In this document: piece by piece, positions 1 through 11,960 of the stretch
Numbering within the stretch: the stretch's first letter is position 1
Layout of the letters: the number at the start of each line of letters is the position of its first letter
Assembly: GCA_001179505.1 (NCBI GenBank)
Contig: CDMY01000406.1
Coordinates: 1-64,000, forward strand
Origin: Vitrella brassicaformis CCMP3155
Taxonomy: Eukaryota > Protista > Chromerida
DNA: 64,000 bases
Reading direction: 5' to 3'
Notes under the pieces: generated by a model
The model's input: only the letters and a program-made list of their open reading frames with translations
What the model was told of the DNA's origin: nothing
Databases searched by the model: none
Program-made: the position numbers and the translations under genes

Positions 1-109
1 CCCCTTGAGCCTGTTTGGGTCTGCGTGCTGATGGGACTGTATTTGTATGAGTATCACGGACACACAGACGAGTGTTACGGTTAATGACAGTTTCCCCACT
101 TCCTCTCCT

Positions 110-165
110 CTCTCAATGCTCACCGATTCAGATCTGAGTACGGCCTCTCAGTGGAGGCTTCTCAT
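110..165 (+). promoter_or_regulatory. Conserved upstream element, copy 1 (core TCTCAGTGGAGGCTTCTCAT at 146-165)
   Basis: Exact 20-mer also at 48813-48832 (+) and 4381-4400 (reverse complement), with flanking ATGCTCACC similarity. Confidence 0.5.
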
Positions 166-549
166 CGTTGCAGGGCACTCACAATGAACAACCTATCCGC
201 TCGTCCGTTTCTCTGGGGCAAGCTCAAAGCTCGCGGCAGAAGGAAGCAGAGGATTGAACCGATGCCATTTGCAGTTTGGAGTTGAAGGTGGTAAGCCGGC
301 CAGCACTGCCCATGATCCATTGCATCTCACAGACACGTCAGCGTCACGCACACGACATCAACCCATCTACTCACGCCACACCTACCATGCCACCCGTCAA
401 TCCCATGGGTCCATCCACCACCACAGCCACCCTTCCTCCCTCCGTCCCCTCTGCTTATCTATCTGTCAGCTGTCAGTCATCCAGACACCAACCCGTCCCT
501 CTCTCCCTTTGCGTGAATGGGTGCACCGACCGGGGCCACAGGAGATATA

Positions 550-682
550 CACACGATCGGCTTCGCCAGGAGCATGACAGCCGACAGATATGACAATCAC
601 AGCCACACACACGCAACATGTGCCGGGAGACAAGGCAGCAGGCAGACGCCACGCACACACCGATGCCCTCCCTCCCTCCCTC
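550..682 (-). repeat. Short dispersed element downstream of genes (copies near 6297-6410 and 14150-14260)
   Basis: 631-665 is the exact reverse complement of 6306-6340 (35 bp); a second block TGTCA-GCTC-TGGCGAAGCCGA is also shared. Confidence 0.7.
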
Positions 683-733
683 TCTCTAAGCAGACAGACA
701 GAGACTGTACACCCAAGAAGAGCTGGTGTTACA

Positions 734-3700
734 TCACTTGGCCACCAGCTTCATAGAGAGGTAGTTTCCTTCGTGTTGCACCCAGCAGCATCCCTCGGCC
801 ATGGTGTAGAGCGCCTTGAGATGCTCAAAGCACTCCAACACCAGCGACCGGAGGTCTGTGAGCCTGGCTGCCTGATCCTGCCCCTGCAACTCGCCTCCTC
901 TAGGTACCCACCGACATCGACCCTCGCCGGCCGCAGCGTGCACACGAACCTCACGAACGACCGCAGGTCTGCCTTGCCCCTCCACACCTGCCACTCGTCG
1001 TCCTCTACTGGACAGGTCATGTGCTCTATGTGCGGGCAGCGCAGCGACCACTCCGCCGGCACATCCTCCGGCCAGTCAGACGAGTCGATAGGGTGGTCAT
1101 GGCCAGGAGGCCGGAAAGAGACCTCTTCTAGCGATGGCAGAGGCAGGTACGAGAGCAACTCACAGCCCACGGCAAAGCTACGAACAGTGGCCAAGGTCAC
1201 TTTCCTGACTGCCCTCAGACCCGCGATGAAGCGACTAAGCTTTGATGGGGCAGAGGGAAGCTCAGAGAGGACGACATCGTAAAGCCGGAGATGGATGTGT
1301 TCGAGGGCCGGGAAGTGCCGGCTGGCCGCCGTCTGGCCCTCTCCCTCCCTCTCAGTGAGCCACTCGGGGATGCTCGCCACCACATCTGATGCACTCGTCT
1401 CGGTGTCACAGATGTCGATGTACTTGGCGTGGGTGAAGATGAGCTTGTCACGCCAGCTCCTGTGCAGCGGGATGCCACCCAGGAGCAAGTCCACCTGAAG
1501 GACACAAACACAAACACACACACACACGGGCGGACGCACACATGCTGCCCGATCTAATGTGTCTGCCCTTTCCTTCCTGACCTCAGTCGCCTCTGACGCC
1601 AGCTGTTTTGCGATCTCGCCGTATAGGCCAGTCGGCGCACGCGGGGCACCCCACGTCTCACCGCAGTCGACCGTCAGCCCGCTCCGTGGCCGCCACTCGA
1701 GCTCGCAATGCACCTCTGCCGCCCACTCGGCGATGCCCCTCAGGTCGTCCTCCCCCTGCCCGTACTCGTCGTCGATCATCGGGTCGGACACCACGAAGCA
1801 CAGCTTCCTCGGCACGACTAAAAGGGCAAAAGCAGAGACAGGTAGTCCACCCGACCAAATGAGAAATCTTGCTAGTGTCTCTGTCGGTCACCTTTGCTCT
1901 CTGGTTTGCCCCAGTGCTGATTGAGCGCGTCTTTGAGGTCGTTGATACGGCCCAAATCTTTGAGATCGTGGCGGAACTTATCGGGCATCTGGATCTCGAT
2001 GCCGGTGATGGTCGTGAGGTTGGGCCAGTTGGCGACAGCGGCGGTGAAGTCGGCCTCACACATTATATACTCGGCCTCCAGTCGCTCCATCTTGGTCGAA
2101 GTGCTGAGCAGGGACGCGAAATTAGAGAAGACGTGGGGGGCGTGGAGGCTCCTGAGGGCTGGGAGGGCCCACCGACGGTTGCTGCAGACAGACAACCACA
2201 GCAACGCGACATACAGCTGGTCAGGGCAGACACCCATCCTCTTTTCTCCTTCGTCCTCTGCGCCCATACCTAATGTGCCACAGCCATTTCTCTGATTGGA
2301 TGTTCGCCTGCGTCAGTTTGGGGAAGCGGGTCGCGTCCCCCGGGGCGCGGGCCACCGGTAAGCCGAAGATCGGGTCAGATGGCACCGGCGACACATGCAG
2401 CTCCTCGAGCGTCTCTGCCGACTTCTCCAGCAACTCGGCCACACACGGCACCACATCCGACGCATCCACATGGGCCGCTCGGATGTTGACCTGCACACAC
2501 ACACATGTGGACGTCACAGCTTCGCAGCACGGCCCTGTGTCCGTATCTCACCAGGTGCTTCACGTCCCTCAGCTTTCGTATCTTCTCGTAGCTGCTGGTC
2601 TCGTCTCTCGTCATGGCGAACTGTCGGAAGACGCCATATGTACTGTCTGTGGCCTTCTGGCGGGTCTCCTTGTTGACGCGCGTCAGGCGAGTGGCCGTCC
2701 TCGTGGTAAAAAACGCCCCCATATGACCGACCACGCCCTCGGGCAGACCAGGCAAACACGGCCGGCCGTAATCCTGATACACACATGCACAACAGAAGGA
2801 TAAGGCATGTAGTCAGTGGGGATGGTCGCGTCCTGTGTCGATGTGCATGTGTCACCTGTGGGCTTCCCGTCTGCTGGCGTGTCGCTGCTGCTGCTGCTGC
2901 TGCTGCTGTAGCACCAGAATTGCCAACCGAACCACCTGAAGACACACAACCACGACCATCCATCACAGCCACCCTTAAGATGTTTGCAGACATTTGGCGT
3001 GTGGATGTGTCCTGTGTACCTCCACTACTCGCGGCGGCAGCAGCAGCCGGGCTGGCTCCCACTTGTGAGCCCTTCCCGTCACCAGCAGACACCTGAATGA
3101 GCACGTGAGGCGGTCCATCAGTACTTGAATTGCATTCATGTGTGTGTGTGCCTTCGCATATATACCGCTTTGCTGAGGTACGCTGCCTTGCTGGCCTCAT
3201 CGTGGATGTTGTACAGCCACCGAACCAGCCTGCCGTCACCGTCTGTGCGCTGATGATGGACACGCGCACAGACACACGGAGAGATCTTGACTCGGGTGAG
3301 ACTTCTCTTCGTCAGTCCGTCCCCACCTCTTTGTTTTGGGCGTCAGGGGGGATCTGGGCGAGTTCATTGCTGAGCGTCGAGTCGGCATCTGTTAGGGTCT
3401 CCAGCACGCCGGACAAACGGGCAGCCAACGATACACAGGCCTGTCGGCAAAGAGAAAAACACAAAGAACAATCAGAGGCGGGTAGGGTATGAGATGTGGG
3501 GATGGAATGGCTGCACGTGTGGCTTGTTCCAGCGCGAACCTCTGTGTTGCTCTCGGCATCTGATATCTGCAGATCCGCCGCCTCAGTTTTGGCGGCCATC
3601 CGTGAGGTGACCTGCACAGAGCAAAGCAAAGCAATTGCTCCACAGCCACCATGTGCTGGCAGCTCGCCCGCCCCTCTCATCTTTTCTCACCGAGTGTATC

Positions 3701-3886
3701 TGATCGATGACATCCCGCAAGCTATCCTTATCGCCATACAATCCGCCGCCCTCCTTCCCTGAGTGAACCACACGGGTCACGTCTTTCGATGCATCGTGTG
3801 GCTGTGTGCGTGAGTGTGCTATGACCTCTGGAGGCAGCGGGGCCGCCATCGCTACTTGAGTCCATCGCCAGGACACTATCGACCAC
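734..3886 (-). CDS. Multi-exon lineage-specific protein with F-box-like motif and LRR-like body; apparent 1-nt frameshift near 893; 5' end uncertain
   Basis: Spliceable exons give DYGRPCLPGLPEGVVGHMGAFFTTRTATRLTRVNK (F-box-like), then LEELHV/FPKLTQANI/WALPALRSL/FPALEHIHL/LPSLEEVSF (LRR-like motifs). The C-terminus ELQGQDQAARLTDLRSLVLECFEHL...KLVAK* lies in a different frame from VDVGGYLEE. Confidence 0.6.
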
Positions 3887-4069
3887 CTGCACCAACGAGA
3901 GAGAGAGAAAGACGATACGGGCACCCACCCGCCCGTTTGTGCTTTCAGCTTGGCACTCACTGCTCAGGTGATCAGGTGCGTGTGGGCGATTTCGGCAGCC
4001 TCCATGCAGCTGTGTGTCGATGCTGCTGCCGACACCTCAGCTCCACCTCAGATTGCCCATAAGATCTGG

Positions 4070-4104
<35 letters not shown>

Positions 4105-4380
4105 TGCACAGGCATCAGGGAGGGGAACATGTGTGTGAAGGGCTCTGCTCGGACCCTGGGCTCGGACACTCACACGTGTATTCATCGCTGGCAACGAACG
4201 AAGGGGGCGCTCAACACATCTGTAGCCGCACACCTGATGGATGGATGAATGGATGAATGAATGCCAGGGGAATGCATAGATCTGTCCTCTCCTGCGCATA
4301 CCCTGCCTCCCTGCGCAGACAAAAACCGTTTCTTCTGAGTGCGAGCTTATGAGCGAGGAAGGACCGAGGTGTGGACAGCG

Positions 4381-4440
4381 ATGAGAAGCCTCCACTGAGA
4401 CGTGCTGTACTCCCCGATAATTTGGTGAGCATCAGAGATG
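4381..4440 (-). promoter_or_regulatory. Conserved upstream element, copy 2, about 140 bp before ATG 4541
   Basis: Reverse complement aligns with 48774-48832 and 110-165. Confidence 0.5.
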
Positions 4441-4540
4441 AGAAGGACTGATGGATGAATGCCATTGAATGGAAGGATGTGCATCTCATCTCATCTTCTT
4501 GCTGATCTTTTTTTGCTTCAGGCGTTGTCGACCTATAGCC

Positions 4541-5989
4541 ATGGCGGCTGCAGCGTCATCTTCATCCGCTGCTGCTGATGATGATACTGTGGCCGGCTTG
4601 CCGCAGCCACCTGTGAGTGGCCTGTGAGTGAATTCTTAAGACTGCACACACACACACAGATCATATGCCACGCATCACGGTTGTCTCTTATTGTTTCATC
4701 CATCAGGCAATGTCATCATCGAGTCGCGGCCGCCCCACCAGCCCTCAAGACCTGCTGCCCCTGCTCATCAGCAAAGCCGCCCGCTCGAATCCCACCAGAC
4801 GCGCACTGATCGCACAGATTGCCAACGGCCCCTTCACTCAGCAACAGCTGCAGCTGGACCATAACAAGGAGAGCATCACCCGCACTGTGACCCAGGGCGT
4901 CAAGAAGCAAATCGACGCCCAGCTCGTTGCCAAGGGCCTCAAGGACATCGTCTCCCTCTCCGCTGACCTGACATCGCTCGACGTGCTGCTGGACCTGGTA
5001 TACTTCATCGACACGAGCGGCGAGCTGGCGGGCTGGGAGCCGATCATCAGGGTGGCCAAGCATCAGGGGCGGGGAGGCGGGCAGTTGCCGATAGAGCTGA
5101 CCAGTGCTGATGTGGAGGCGGTGGGCAGCCGGGCGGTCTACGACAGCCGGTGTGAGGCGCTGCGGCAGCTCTCGCTGATCGGCCGGCACATCGGTATGAC
5201 GCTCGGGCGCGACGATGGCGAGGAACGGCTGAATGGGCTTCGGCTGACCATCCGCCCACTGCAGACACTGCCGGCCGACCATCCCTTCCGCGATGGATAC
5301 GACCCGGCCAACCCCGTGTGTGAGTATCATGGTGAGGGCGGGAGAGAAGGGGAGGACTATAGGAGGGGGACCATTGGGTGTGTGTGTGTGTAGGTTCTGA
5401 GTTTCCGTCCATCCGCGACGCTGTGCTGTTTGAGTGAGAAAAATGACACACGCGGACACATAAACACATTGGCTGCACCGCTCTGCCGTGATGTGTCTGA
5501 TCAGGATGCGTTGGGGAGGGTCGGAGGTCGTGTACCAGGATGGCAACCGGTGGCACAATGCCCCAATCTACGACCGACTGGTCAGCCTCACACCCACAGA
5601 CACACGATTGCCTCACCAGCTGTCCCCCTCGCTCATTGTCATATCTCACTTTCTCTTCAGCGGCAGCTCGCCTCTCAGGAGTCGCCCATCTGGGGCTGTC
5701 ACACCACCAGCACCAGACACTGGGCGGCAGCAGACTTCCGGCGCATCATAGTGCTGCACGGCGACCAGCCCGGCCACCACGTCGAGGCACACATCGCCAT
5801 CAGCAGCTCCCCCATATATGCCATCGCCTACCTCTACACGACGAAGCCTCCGGTGGATGGCAAGGAGGGAGCCGCCAGGTTCCGGTGGATGGCAAGGAGG
5901 GAGCCGCCAGGTTCCCCCAGACAGTGACGGTGGTGCGGCAGGTGATGGGGGCCGACGCACAGGTGGCGTTCGGCACCCAGCTGGCCTAG
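4541..5989 (+). pseudogene. Lineage-specific expanded family member ('GRGGGQLPIEL / LYTT..RFP' family), 3' end frameshifted by a 32-bp tandem duplication
   Basis: Exons MAAAASSSS..., SSRGRPTSPQDLL...GRGGGQLPIEL...CEALRQLSLIGRHIG...QTLPADHPF, and QRQLASQESPIWGCH...LYTTKPPVDGKEGAARF. Paralogs at 12467, 35339 and 47307. 5849-5880 is repeated at 5881-5912. Confidence 0.7.
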
Positions 5990-6804
5990 CTCTCCCCCCT
6001 GCAGCTGCTGGTGGTGGTGGTGGCCCCGCCCCTGCAGGTTACCACACCGCCCACACCCCTCCCCCCCGCCACCGCACACTTGCCTGATGGACGACCCCCA
6101 CGTGTGTGTCATGCCTTGTGTGTCAGGACTGATTCTGTGGTGCAGGTGGACAGGGTGGCGGCCTCTTTACAGATGCGATGTGTGATTGAACCTTTACCTT
6201 CAAGGCGGTCGGTGTGCAATCTCTGTCTGCCTGTCTACAGTCTGTCTGTGTGTGTGTGCGCATACAGACAGGGATTGAGGGAGGGAGGGGGGGATTGAGG
6301 GAGGACATCGGTGTGTGCGTGGCGTCTGCCTGCTGCCTTGCTGGGCCGCTTCATGGATGGATGGATGGTGTGTGTCTGCCTGTCACGCTCATGGCGAAGC
6401 CGACGGTGTGCCCGGCGGACCAACAGCAGCTCGCTCGTCCATTCATTTGTCTCTGTGCCGGGCTGCATTCATGAGTCGATGGACAGCCACAGAAACACAT
6501 GCAGTGAAAGCTTGGCTGGCCAGCCTTCATCCAACACACACACACGCACGCAAAGAAGTCGCCGAGCCGTTGGCTGTCGGTGTGTCTCTCGAAGGATACA
6601 TACATAGGTTATCCATCCCATCTATCGTGAGTGAGTGAGTCTCACATCTCCATCAACGCAAAAATAGCAAACAGACCCCTCACTCACGGCACATACCCGA
6701 CTGCAACTCATCGCATCCATGTCCTATCCTGCAGGCGCACGTACTACCACGCCATCAGAATGCCCTATGTCTTGGACTTTGTCTTGTGTGTCCCACGATG
6801 GATG

Positions 6805-9800
6805 TTAGTCGCCTCTGTGATGCCTCCTGTCCGGCCGCTCTGAAGGACGACTCTCCTGGCTTCTCACTGTGCTCAGCCGCGAGGCCAAGGCACGGAGCTC
6901 CGCTTGCGCCTCACGATGCTCGTCGGCAGCTGAGACACACAACATACACACACACACACACACACACAAAGACTCATCTGACTTCTTCGGGCTGTTCGTG
7001 TCTCTGTTGCTTACCGGCCATGTCAGCCGTCTTTGCCTCCAGCAGCTGGTATATGCGGCGAAGGAGAGCATCGCCAGCCGCGTTGAAGGTGGAGGCCGAG
7101 TACATGCAGCTCTGCGATATGATGTAAAAGCCCGGCGAGGGAATCAGATAAGCGCCGCTGCCATCTGGAGAGGGAAACACAGAGACACACATGTAACCCG
7201 CCAGTGTCATGACACTGTGTGCCAGTCGTGTCTTGCCTTGAGGATGATCCCAGGCGGCTCTTTGTCGATTGCCATCATTGAACAGAACACGCAGATTCTG
7301 ACAGGGCAGACCACACGATGACCGACACAAGGTGCCGACTGTGTTCTGCATCTTCTGACCTCGTGCCAGGCCATCGAGACGTGAAAGAGGTCTCCCCCGC
7401 CCTCTGGAACGCCCTCACACCTCACACCGGGGGAAAGAGTCCACTTCTCCTCCCTCACTCCGCTGTCGGAAATCTCGTCTGCTCGTCGATAGTGGCAGCG
7501 GGGATACATCCAGCTGGTCGTGTACAGGATGTGGGCCCTCTTCGCTGTTTTTGCCTCCTTGTCGAGCAGCGACAGAATGTCTGAAGGAGACAGGGAGGAT
7601 TTTGCAGCCGACTGTTTTTTTCATTTTTGGTCGTTTCTCACCGAGACAGGCCTCACGAGCGATCATATCCTCGCACCAGAGTGTGTGGACAACGCCTTCA
7701 TTCAACAGATGGACGCCCTCCTGCTCGATGGAATAGTAGCCCCCTGACGCGCCAAACAGACCGAGACACAGAGACTGATGTTCTCTTCTTTGCTTGATGG
7801 CTGGATGAGTGGCGCTGGCCTTACGTCTTCCGTCAGTGCCGACGGGCGCATCCAACACTTTCTCCCTGCCACCCTCGGTGATGCCCATCACGAAGCACAT
7901 TGACTGAAAGAGAAGGCAGGCAGCCCGACAACAATTCGTGCCCGGCTGTCGGCCTTGATGTGTCTCGGCTCACCTTCTGCTCGATGTGAGCATACCACAG
8001 CTCATTCGTTAGCTGGAGACACTCCTTGCTGTCCAGACGATGCTTTGACGGATCCGATCCTATAAAGCCGACGACATACTCACACTTCAGTTGTATCTGC
8101 TCGCTATTGCCGCTGCTGCTGCTGTTGTTGCTGCTGCTAGCGCTGCTGGCGCTGCTGCTGCTATTGCCGCTGCTGCTGGCGCTGCTGGCGCTGTTGCCGC
8201 TATTGACGCTGCTGCTGGCGCTGCTGGCGCTGCTGGCGCTGCTGGTGCTGCTGCCGCTGTAGCTTGACTTGAGTTTGTAGTAGAGGTGCAGCCCCGGCTG
8301 ATGGAGGTCTCTTGTATCGTGATCCTGCAACATCACGACAACTGACACAAACGTGTCTTTTCCTTCGTACTGTATTTCTAACCTGATGCCACGGGGCGGC
8401 CGAGTCGAACGTCGCTTGCTGTGCTTCCGCTTGCTGTGCTTCGGCAGTTCTCGATGCGGTGGGCTGGTCGGGTGAGTTGACCGGCCGGAGACGGATGAGC
8501 TGATTGGGCTTGACCAGGGAACGTATCCGGGCCCATATGTCCTCCGGGGAGATGTCGGACAGCCTTCTGACAGCCTTCCGCAACTCCTTGATCTTCACGA
8601 GAAGTGGTTCGATCTTCGCACTTGACGTCGCTCTCGCCACGCTGAACAGCAAGAGTCGAGTCTATCAGGTGCATTTTTCGTGGCTTTTCTGTTACACTCA
8701 CGTGTCGGTTGCCCTGGCCGTTGAGTGTGAAGGCGAGCTGGGTGGTGGGGAGCTGGGCGGCAGGCTCGGTCGCTCGGTCGCCCTGGTCCTGCAGCCAGCC
8801 ACATCAACAAGCAGAGAGACCCCATGACACGATTCTCACCCATACCCTTGAATTGGCTTACGTGTCGCTGGCCATCGGTGAGACCGCTGCGCTGGGCCTT
8901 GCGAAGGGGCCAGCTACAACAACCACACGACAAGACAGACACAGATGATCAATCACTTTATCGCATTTGTGCCGCACCTGAGGCCTCTCTCAACGCGGCG
9001 CTCAGGCCAGGAACAACAAACTGGAGAAGGTCCTGCCGATAATGACGAAGAGACTCCGGCCGCAGGAGTTCTCCGTCAACCAGCAAGTACAGGCCTGCGC
9101 CTCGGAGAATGTAGTTGCCACCTGCAGACATACGCAAAACACACCACAGTGACAAGCAGAGAAGGATATCCAGGCCGTGTGGTTCTTCCTTCACCTCCTG
9201 GAGCGTGATCCCAAGAGCCGCTCCCGTTATTTAGGACGAACTCGAGACCCTGAGTATTGATTGGCAAACATGTTTGCACATTTCACCCACGAAAGACGAG
9301 TCACTGCGTGGATCCCTGTGCGGTGTGCAGCTTACGCTATGGAATGGCATTTGCGCATGCCATACACAGCGGTCGTCGGAAAACGTATTGCACACGATGC
9401 CTGGAGGGTCTGTCCAGCGGCCGTCGGCGGGCTTTTGGAAGTGGATGCGGGGCGACGTCCAGCCGGTGAAGTAGAGAAGGTGCGCCTCTGCTACGCCGCG
9501 CGCCGCCTTGTCGAGGATACACAGCCGGTCTGACGAACAAACAGCTTGTGAAAAACCGTGTGTCTCTCATCGATCAGCTTCTTACCGACATAATCCACAT
9601 TACACCTCAGGACGTCCAGGCGTCCGTCTTGGAGAAGACACACGCCTTCCGCTGGGGCGCTGTAATTGGGTTCTGAGAGTAGCACAGCAGAGGCGCAAGC
9701 AATTTGGATGACGGCGTCTGTCGTTCTGAAGCGCTCACTTCCTGTGAGTGACGGAGGATTGTCCCACTCAGTGTGACTTGCGTCACACATGACAAAGTCG

Positions 9801-10318
9801 GCGGCCTGCATGCACCAAGGCATCCTCTTACATTGACTTTCCTGCCTTTGCCTCCCACGCCCCTGCTTACCTGGTGCTGAATGTGCAGATACCACAGCCC
9901 TCCCTCAAGCGACACGCACTCACGGTCAGCCCACTCGGCCGACCCCTGCCGGCTGTAGTGGCATACTGGGCAGTGCCAGCCCGACCGGTACAGCTGAGAA
10001 GATCAACACACAGCACACAACAGACACAAGGTCAGACGTCTTAGTGCCTGTCAGAAGCTGTCTCCCCATCTCTGCCCGTGAGGGTACTGACGATGTGGAT
10101 GCCGGGCCTCCTGATATCCACCTGGACGCACAGAACACAGCACGTGGGAGTCGTGTCGCCGTACCCCCATGCATCCCAATAGTCACCTCGTTACGGCTGA
10201 TGTTGACGCCTTGCCACACGTCGTGTGGCAGCAGGGAGCCGAGCTGCGCCAACTTGAGGGCGGTGGGGCTTTCCAGAGAGAGCTTGGTCCGGTCGATGAG
10301 GTCCTTGAAACTCGTCAT
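6805..10318 (-). CDS. Non-catalytic protein with four CBM25-like (starch-binding-type) modules, copy 1, apparently intact
   Basis: Spliced modules: (1) LYRSGWHCPVCHYSRQGSAEWAD...DFVMCDASHTEWDNPP...NYSAPAEGVCLLQDG; (2) LLYFTGWTSPRIHFQKPADGRWTDPPG...LEFVLNNGSGSWDHAPGGNYILRGAGLYLLVDG; (3) degenerate LHLYY...MCFVMGITEGGREKVLDAPVG...GYYSIEQEGVHLLNEG; (4) HILYTTSWMYPRCHYRR...WTLSPG...LRVLFNDGNRQRAAWDHPQ...GAYLIPSPGFYIIS. The pattern matches the CBM25 consensus from memory. Confidence 0.65.
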
Positions 10319-10415
10319 CGGGGAAGGGAGAATCATTCAAACTTCGGAGACTGGGGGCTGCTGGGGGCTAGTACCACTGGCAGGAGACGCCACTGGCAGC
10401 CTCGTGAGTCGACTG

Positions 10416-10628
10416 ATGCCCCGCAGCGGCGTCAAATCGCAGGATGTCGGCATCTCCATCCCTTTGGTCCTCTTCCTCTGCTCCATCCTGCTGCTCTTTT
10501 CCCTCCCGCCCTCCTGCCTCACTGAGGCATTCACGTCCCTGCCGGTGGTGTCGGTCAACACAACCCTCTACTACCCCGCCGGCAACGGGTCGGCGTGTCT
10601 GGTCGACCGCAGTATCATGTTTGCCATG
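10416..10628 (+). pseudogene. 5' fragment of the solute-binding-protein-like gene, truncated at ...SIMFAM
   Basis: Matches 22075-22287, then switches to an inverted piece of exon 2. Confidence 0.8.
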
Positions 10629-10718
10629 CATGGAAACTGGGCGTTGCCAACCTGACACACCTTTCTCGACCTCTCGCTGCAAGTGGCGCCGGTGGGTGGG
10701 TGGGTGTCCACGAGTGGG

Positions 10719-11018
10719 NNNNNNNNNNNNNNNNNNNNNNNNNNNNNNNNNNNNNNNNNNNNNNNNNNNNNNNNNNNNNNNNNNNNNNNNNNNNNNNNNN
10801 NNNNNNNNNNNNNNNNNNNNNNNNNNNNNNNNNNNNNNNNNNNNNNNNNNNNNNNNNNNNNNNNNNNNNNNNNNNNNNNNNNNNNNNNNNNNNNNNNNNN
10901 NNNNNNNNNNNNNNNNNNNNNNNNNNNNNNNNNNNNNNNNNNNNNNNNNNNNNNNNNNNNNNNNNNNNNNNNNNNNNNNNNNNNNNNNNNNNNNNNNNNN
11001 NNNNNNNNNNNNNNNNNN
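10719..11018. other. Assembly gap (300 N)
   Basis: Run of N. Confidence 1.
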
Positions 11019-11650
11019 AGAGGCGCAAGCAATTTGGATGACGGCGTCTGTCGTTCTGAAGCGCTCACTTCCTGTGAGTGACGGAGGATTGTCCCACTCA
11101 GTGTGACTTGCGTCACACATGACAAAGTCGGCGGCCTGCATGCACCAAGGCATCCTCTTACATTGACTTTCCTGCCTTTGCCTCCCTCGCCCTGCTTACC
11201 CTTTACTGAATGTGCAGATACCACAGCCCTCCCTCGAGCGACAGGCACTCACGGTCAGCCCACTCGGCCGACCCCTGCCGGCTGTAGTGGCATACTGGGC
11301 AGTGCCAGCCCGACCGGTACAGCTGAGAAGATCAACACACAGCACACAACAGACACAAGGTCAGACGTCTTAGTGCCTGTCAGAAGCTGTCTCCCCATCT
11401 CTGCCCGTGAGGGTACTGACGATGTGGATGCCGGGCCTCCTGATATCCACCTGGACGCACAGAACACAGCACGTGGGAGTCGTGTCGCCGTATTCCCATG
11501 CATCCCAATAGTCACCTCGTTACGAGGGCCGATGTCGACGCCTTGCCACACGTCGTGTGGCAGCAGGGAGCCGAGCTGCGCCAACTTGAGGGCGGTGGGG
11601 CTTTCCAGAGAGAGCTTGGTCCGGTCGATGAGGTCCTTGAAACTCGTCAT
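11019..11650 (-). pseudogene. 5' fragment of the 4xCBM25-like gene with in-frame TAA (11203-11205); possibly an assembly duplicate
   Basis: Repeats about 9680-10318 and 17520-18153; abuts the N gap. Confidence 0.65.
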
Positions 11651-11747
11651 CGGGGAAGGGAGAATCATTCAAACTTCGGAGACTGGGGGCTGCTGGGGGC
11701 TAGTACCACTGGCAGGAGACGCCACTGGCAGCCTCGTGAGTCGACTG

Positions 11748-11960
11748 ATGCCCCGCAGCGGCGTCAAATCGCAGGATGTCGGCATCTCCATCCCTTTGGT
11801 CCTCTTCCTCTGCTCCATCCTGCTGCTCTTTTCCCTCCCGCCCTCCTGCCTCACTGAGGCATTCACGTCCCTGCCGGTGGTGTCGGTCAACACAACCCTC
11901 TACTACCCCGCCGGCAACGGGTCGGCGTGTCTGGTCGACCGCAGTATCATGTTTGCCATG
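11748..11960 (+). pseudogene. Second 5' fragment of the solute-binding-protein-like gene
   Basis: Matches 10416-10628, with the same junction. Confidence 0.75.

Larger units (their letters stand above)
6040..10628. repeat. Segmental duplication copy A (about 4.6 kb; copy B about 13890-18468, offset about 7.86 kb)
   Basis: Near-identical by direct reading, including introns and intergenic DNA; matching stop codons at 6805 and 14666. Confidence 0.95.

Noticed and set aside
8100-8265. CRISPR-like or satellite array
   Set aside because: Degenerate codon-phased trinucleotide repeat without unique spacers; no cas genes; eukaryotic context
10368-11248. Long ORFs running through X residues
   Set aside because: Artefacts of the N gap; the same applies to 54414-55747
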